A stretch of DNA of 64,000 bases. Origin: Spizellomyces punctatus DAOM BR117 (Eukaryota). Under the pieces are notes generated by a model. It was not told the origin of the DNA. It did no database searches and saw only the letters and a program-made list of their open reading frames with translations. Each line of letters begins with the position of its first letter. The first letter of the stretch is position 1. Location of the stretch: NCBI GenBank assembly GCA_000182565.2, contig KQ257471.1; one strand, given 5' to 3'. Of the stretch, positions 62,567-64,000 are shown piece by piece. A program made the position numbers and the translations under genes.

Positions 62567-63042
62567 GGTTGGGAGTGCGAATGCAGGTGTGATGTGAGAG
62601 GTTGATGTTTTGGGTAGAGGAATGAAGGCAAAAGTTCACAATGCTGATCTAGAGAGACGACCTGCCAAAGCATGCAAGGTTGGCGCTACTTTGTTGAGTC
62701 ACGCGCAGATTACGTAATTGCCAAACATCCTATGATTGTCACCTCTACACTAACTTCCTCTCAAACCTATGTACTCAAAGCAATATGCATCAATTTCGCA
62801 ACGTGAAAGGCATGTATTTTGTCACAACGTAAAGGTTTTGATAAAGCAGGTACGCAAACAAGAAGCACACACAAAATTTGGAACCGCACAACGCCGATAT
62901 TCACCATCTACCCCTCCTATACGGCTGTTCCTTTACACATGTCATTTTGCAATTGTCCAAAAGGTGCAATCATTAGCAAACGTCATTTTATGCTATGCTG
63001 AAATGGTACCACAGTGGAAATAATAGACAAATGTCAACCACT

Positions 63043-64000
63043 TTACATGTAGTACATCGTGTGTTGGTCCATCAGGGGCATGACTTTGCGCAATGTAATG
63101 GTTGGCTCAGAATTTCCACTGCGCGACGAGGCAGTATCAAAATCGCCCTCCAAGAACATTCTTCCATCTGGATAAAAACAAATTTTAGTAGAGTGGTATA
63201 AGAGTCCATTGCAGCAAGTACTCACAGTAAGCAGCCAAATGGGCGCGATAGGCGGGCGCAACCATGTTGATACTCCTCGTGGCGCGTTCCGAGAGGAAAC
63301 ACAAGTTAAAGCACAGTTGCTGCAAGACATTCGAGGACATTTTAATCTCGTCATGAATAACGTGATAAATAGTCGGGCGGGACGTCCCTTGTAACCCCGC
63401 ATGAGATTGGAGGACAAAATTGTACTCTGTCGGATGCATAATATCGGTATCGACCTAGAAAAAGTAAAACATGCACCTCAATTCACGAGAGTTGTCGCTA
63501 ATAGGTACCTGCCAAAGGAAAACACCTACAGTAGTACCAGGCAAGCAGTTGCCAGACTTATCCTGGTTGTTATCGTTGGGGAAGAAGCGTATATGGTGGC
63601 GTTTCTGAACGATGATAAACGTGACGGGGACCGCACCCAGTTTCAGATTCGCCAAGGCCCGTTTGATTGCCGAGACTTCTTTCTCGCGAACCTCCTTGAA
63701 CTGACCGGACGACACACCATCTCTAAAAAAAATGAGCCGTTGAGGAAAGGTTCCAATGGCTTTTTTGAAACTTTCAACTGCATCGCCCATGATTTTTTCC
63801 ATGTCCTGGATGATTTCAAGACGACTTGGCTGAGCCGCCAAGAAAGTACGGTATCTCGTCGCTTGTTTGTCCAAAGATGTTACCACTGCCGCGACTGAGG
63901 GCGCACCAGACCCTGGAGCAGCGTGGGTCACATCAGCACCACAAATAAGTGTGGGCTTATCTTCAAAGAGGGGAAGCCTGTCAACAAAATTGGTAGCTCC
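63043..64000 (-). CDS. Argonaute, PIWI domain C-terminal part (5' partial)
   Basis: CGADVTH, PSVAAVV, IFFRDGVSSGQF, IVQKRHHIRFF, GNCLPGT, QSHAGLQGTSRP, APAYRAHLAA, terminal MYYM; two introns. Confidence 0.95.

Noticed and set aside
1-64000. Transposons, Fanzor/TnpB-type elements, viral inserts, CRISPR arrays, rRNA, telomeric arrays
   Set aside because: No transposase, RT or RuvC motifs, terminal repeats or repeat-spacer arrays were seen. There are only isolated TAACCCTAA words (about 3737 and 48620). Short degenerate elements could be missed by eye.

Overview
Eukaryotic, gene-dense, intron-rich (mostly 50-90 nt GT-AG introns) fungal genomic DNA. The gene content (LMBD1-like, JMJD4-like, two-Grx GLRX3, animal-type FMO) suggests an early-diverging fungus, possibly a chytrid; this is inference only. 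I reconstruct about 25 protein-coding genes by eye and one tRNA-Gly(TCC). In order: C2H2 TF (partial), single-TM orphan, Grx3/4, KTI12, ricin-lectin membrane protein, FMO, GDH2, YCII protein, Hos4-like ankyrin protein, secreted prolyl oligopeptidase, amino acid permease, tRNA-Gly, JMJD4, eIF2D, LMBD1, Sec7 GEF, ERGIC-53/Emp47, secreted Pro/Ala-rich alpha/beta-hydrolase, glycogen synthase, PX protein, AP-3 delta, Cbp4-like, VPS28 and the 3' end of an Argonaute. I saw no transposon, CRISPR or rRNA. The most notable observations are: (1) a distinct sequence domain from about 47.7 kb onward, where exons run from C-rich to G/T-rich strongly enough to shape amino acid composition; (2) an unannotated spliced minus-strand locus with a long hairpin at about 3.0-3.7 kb; (3) an FMO with a ~140 aa RSP-rich insertion and a 4-nt microexon; (4) a Sec7 domain inserted in a split PH domain; (5) a secreted prolyl oligopeptidase divergent from an amino acid permease. 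I cannot confirm a wholly new biological system. Multi-exon gene coordinates are start-to-stop spans with manually inferred splicing.
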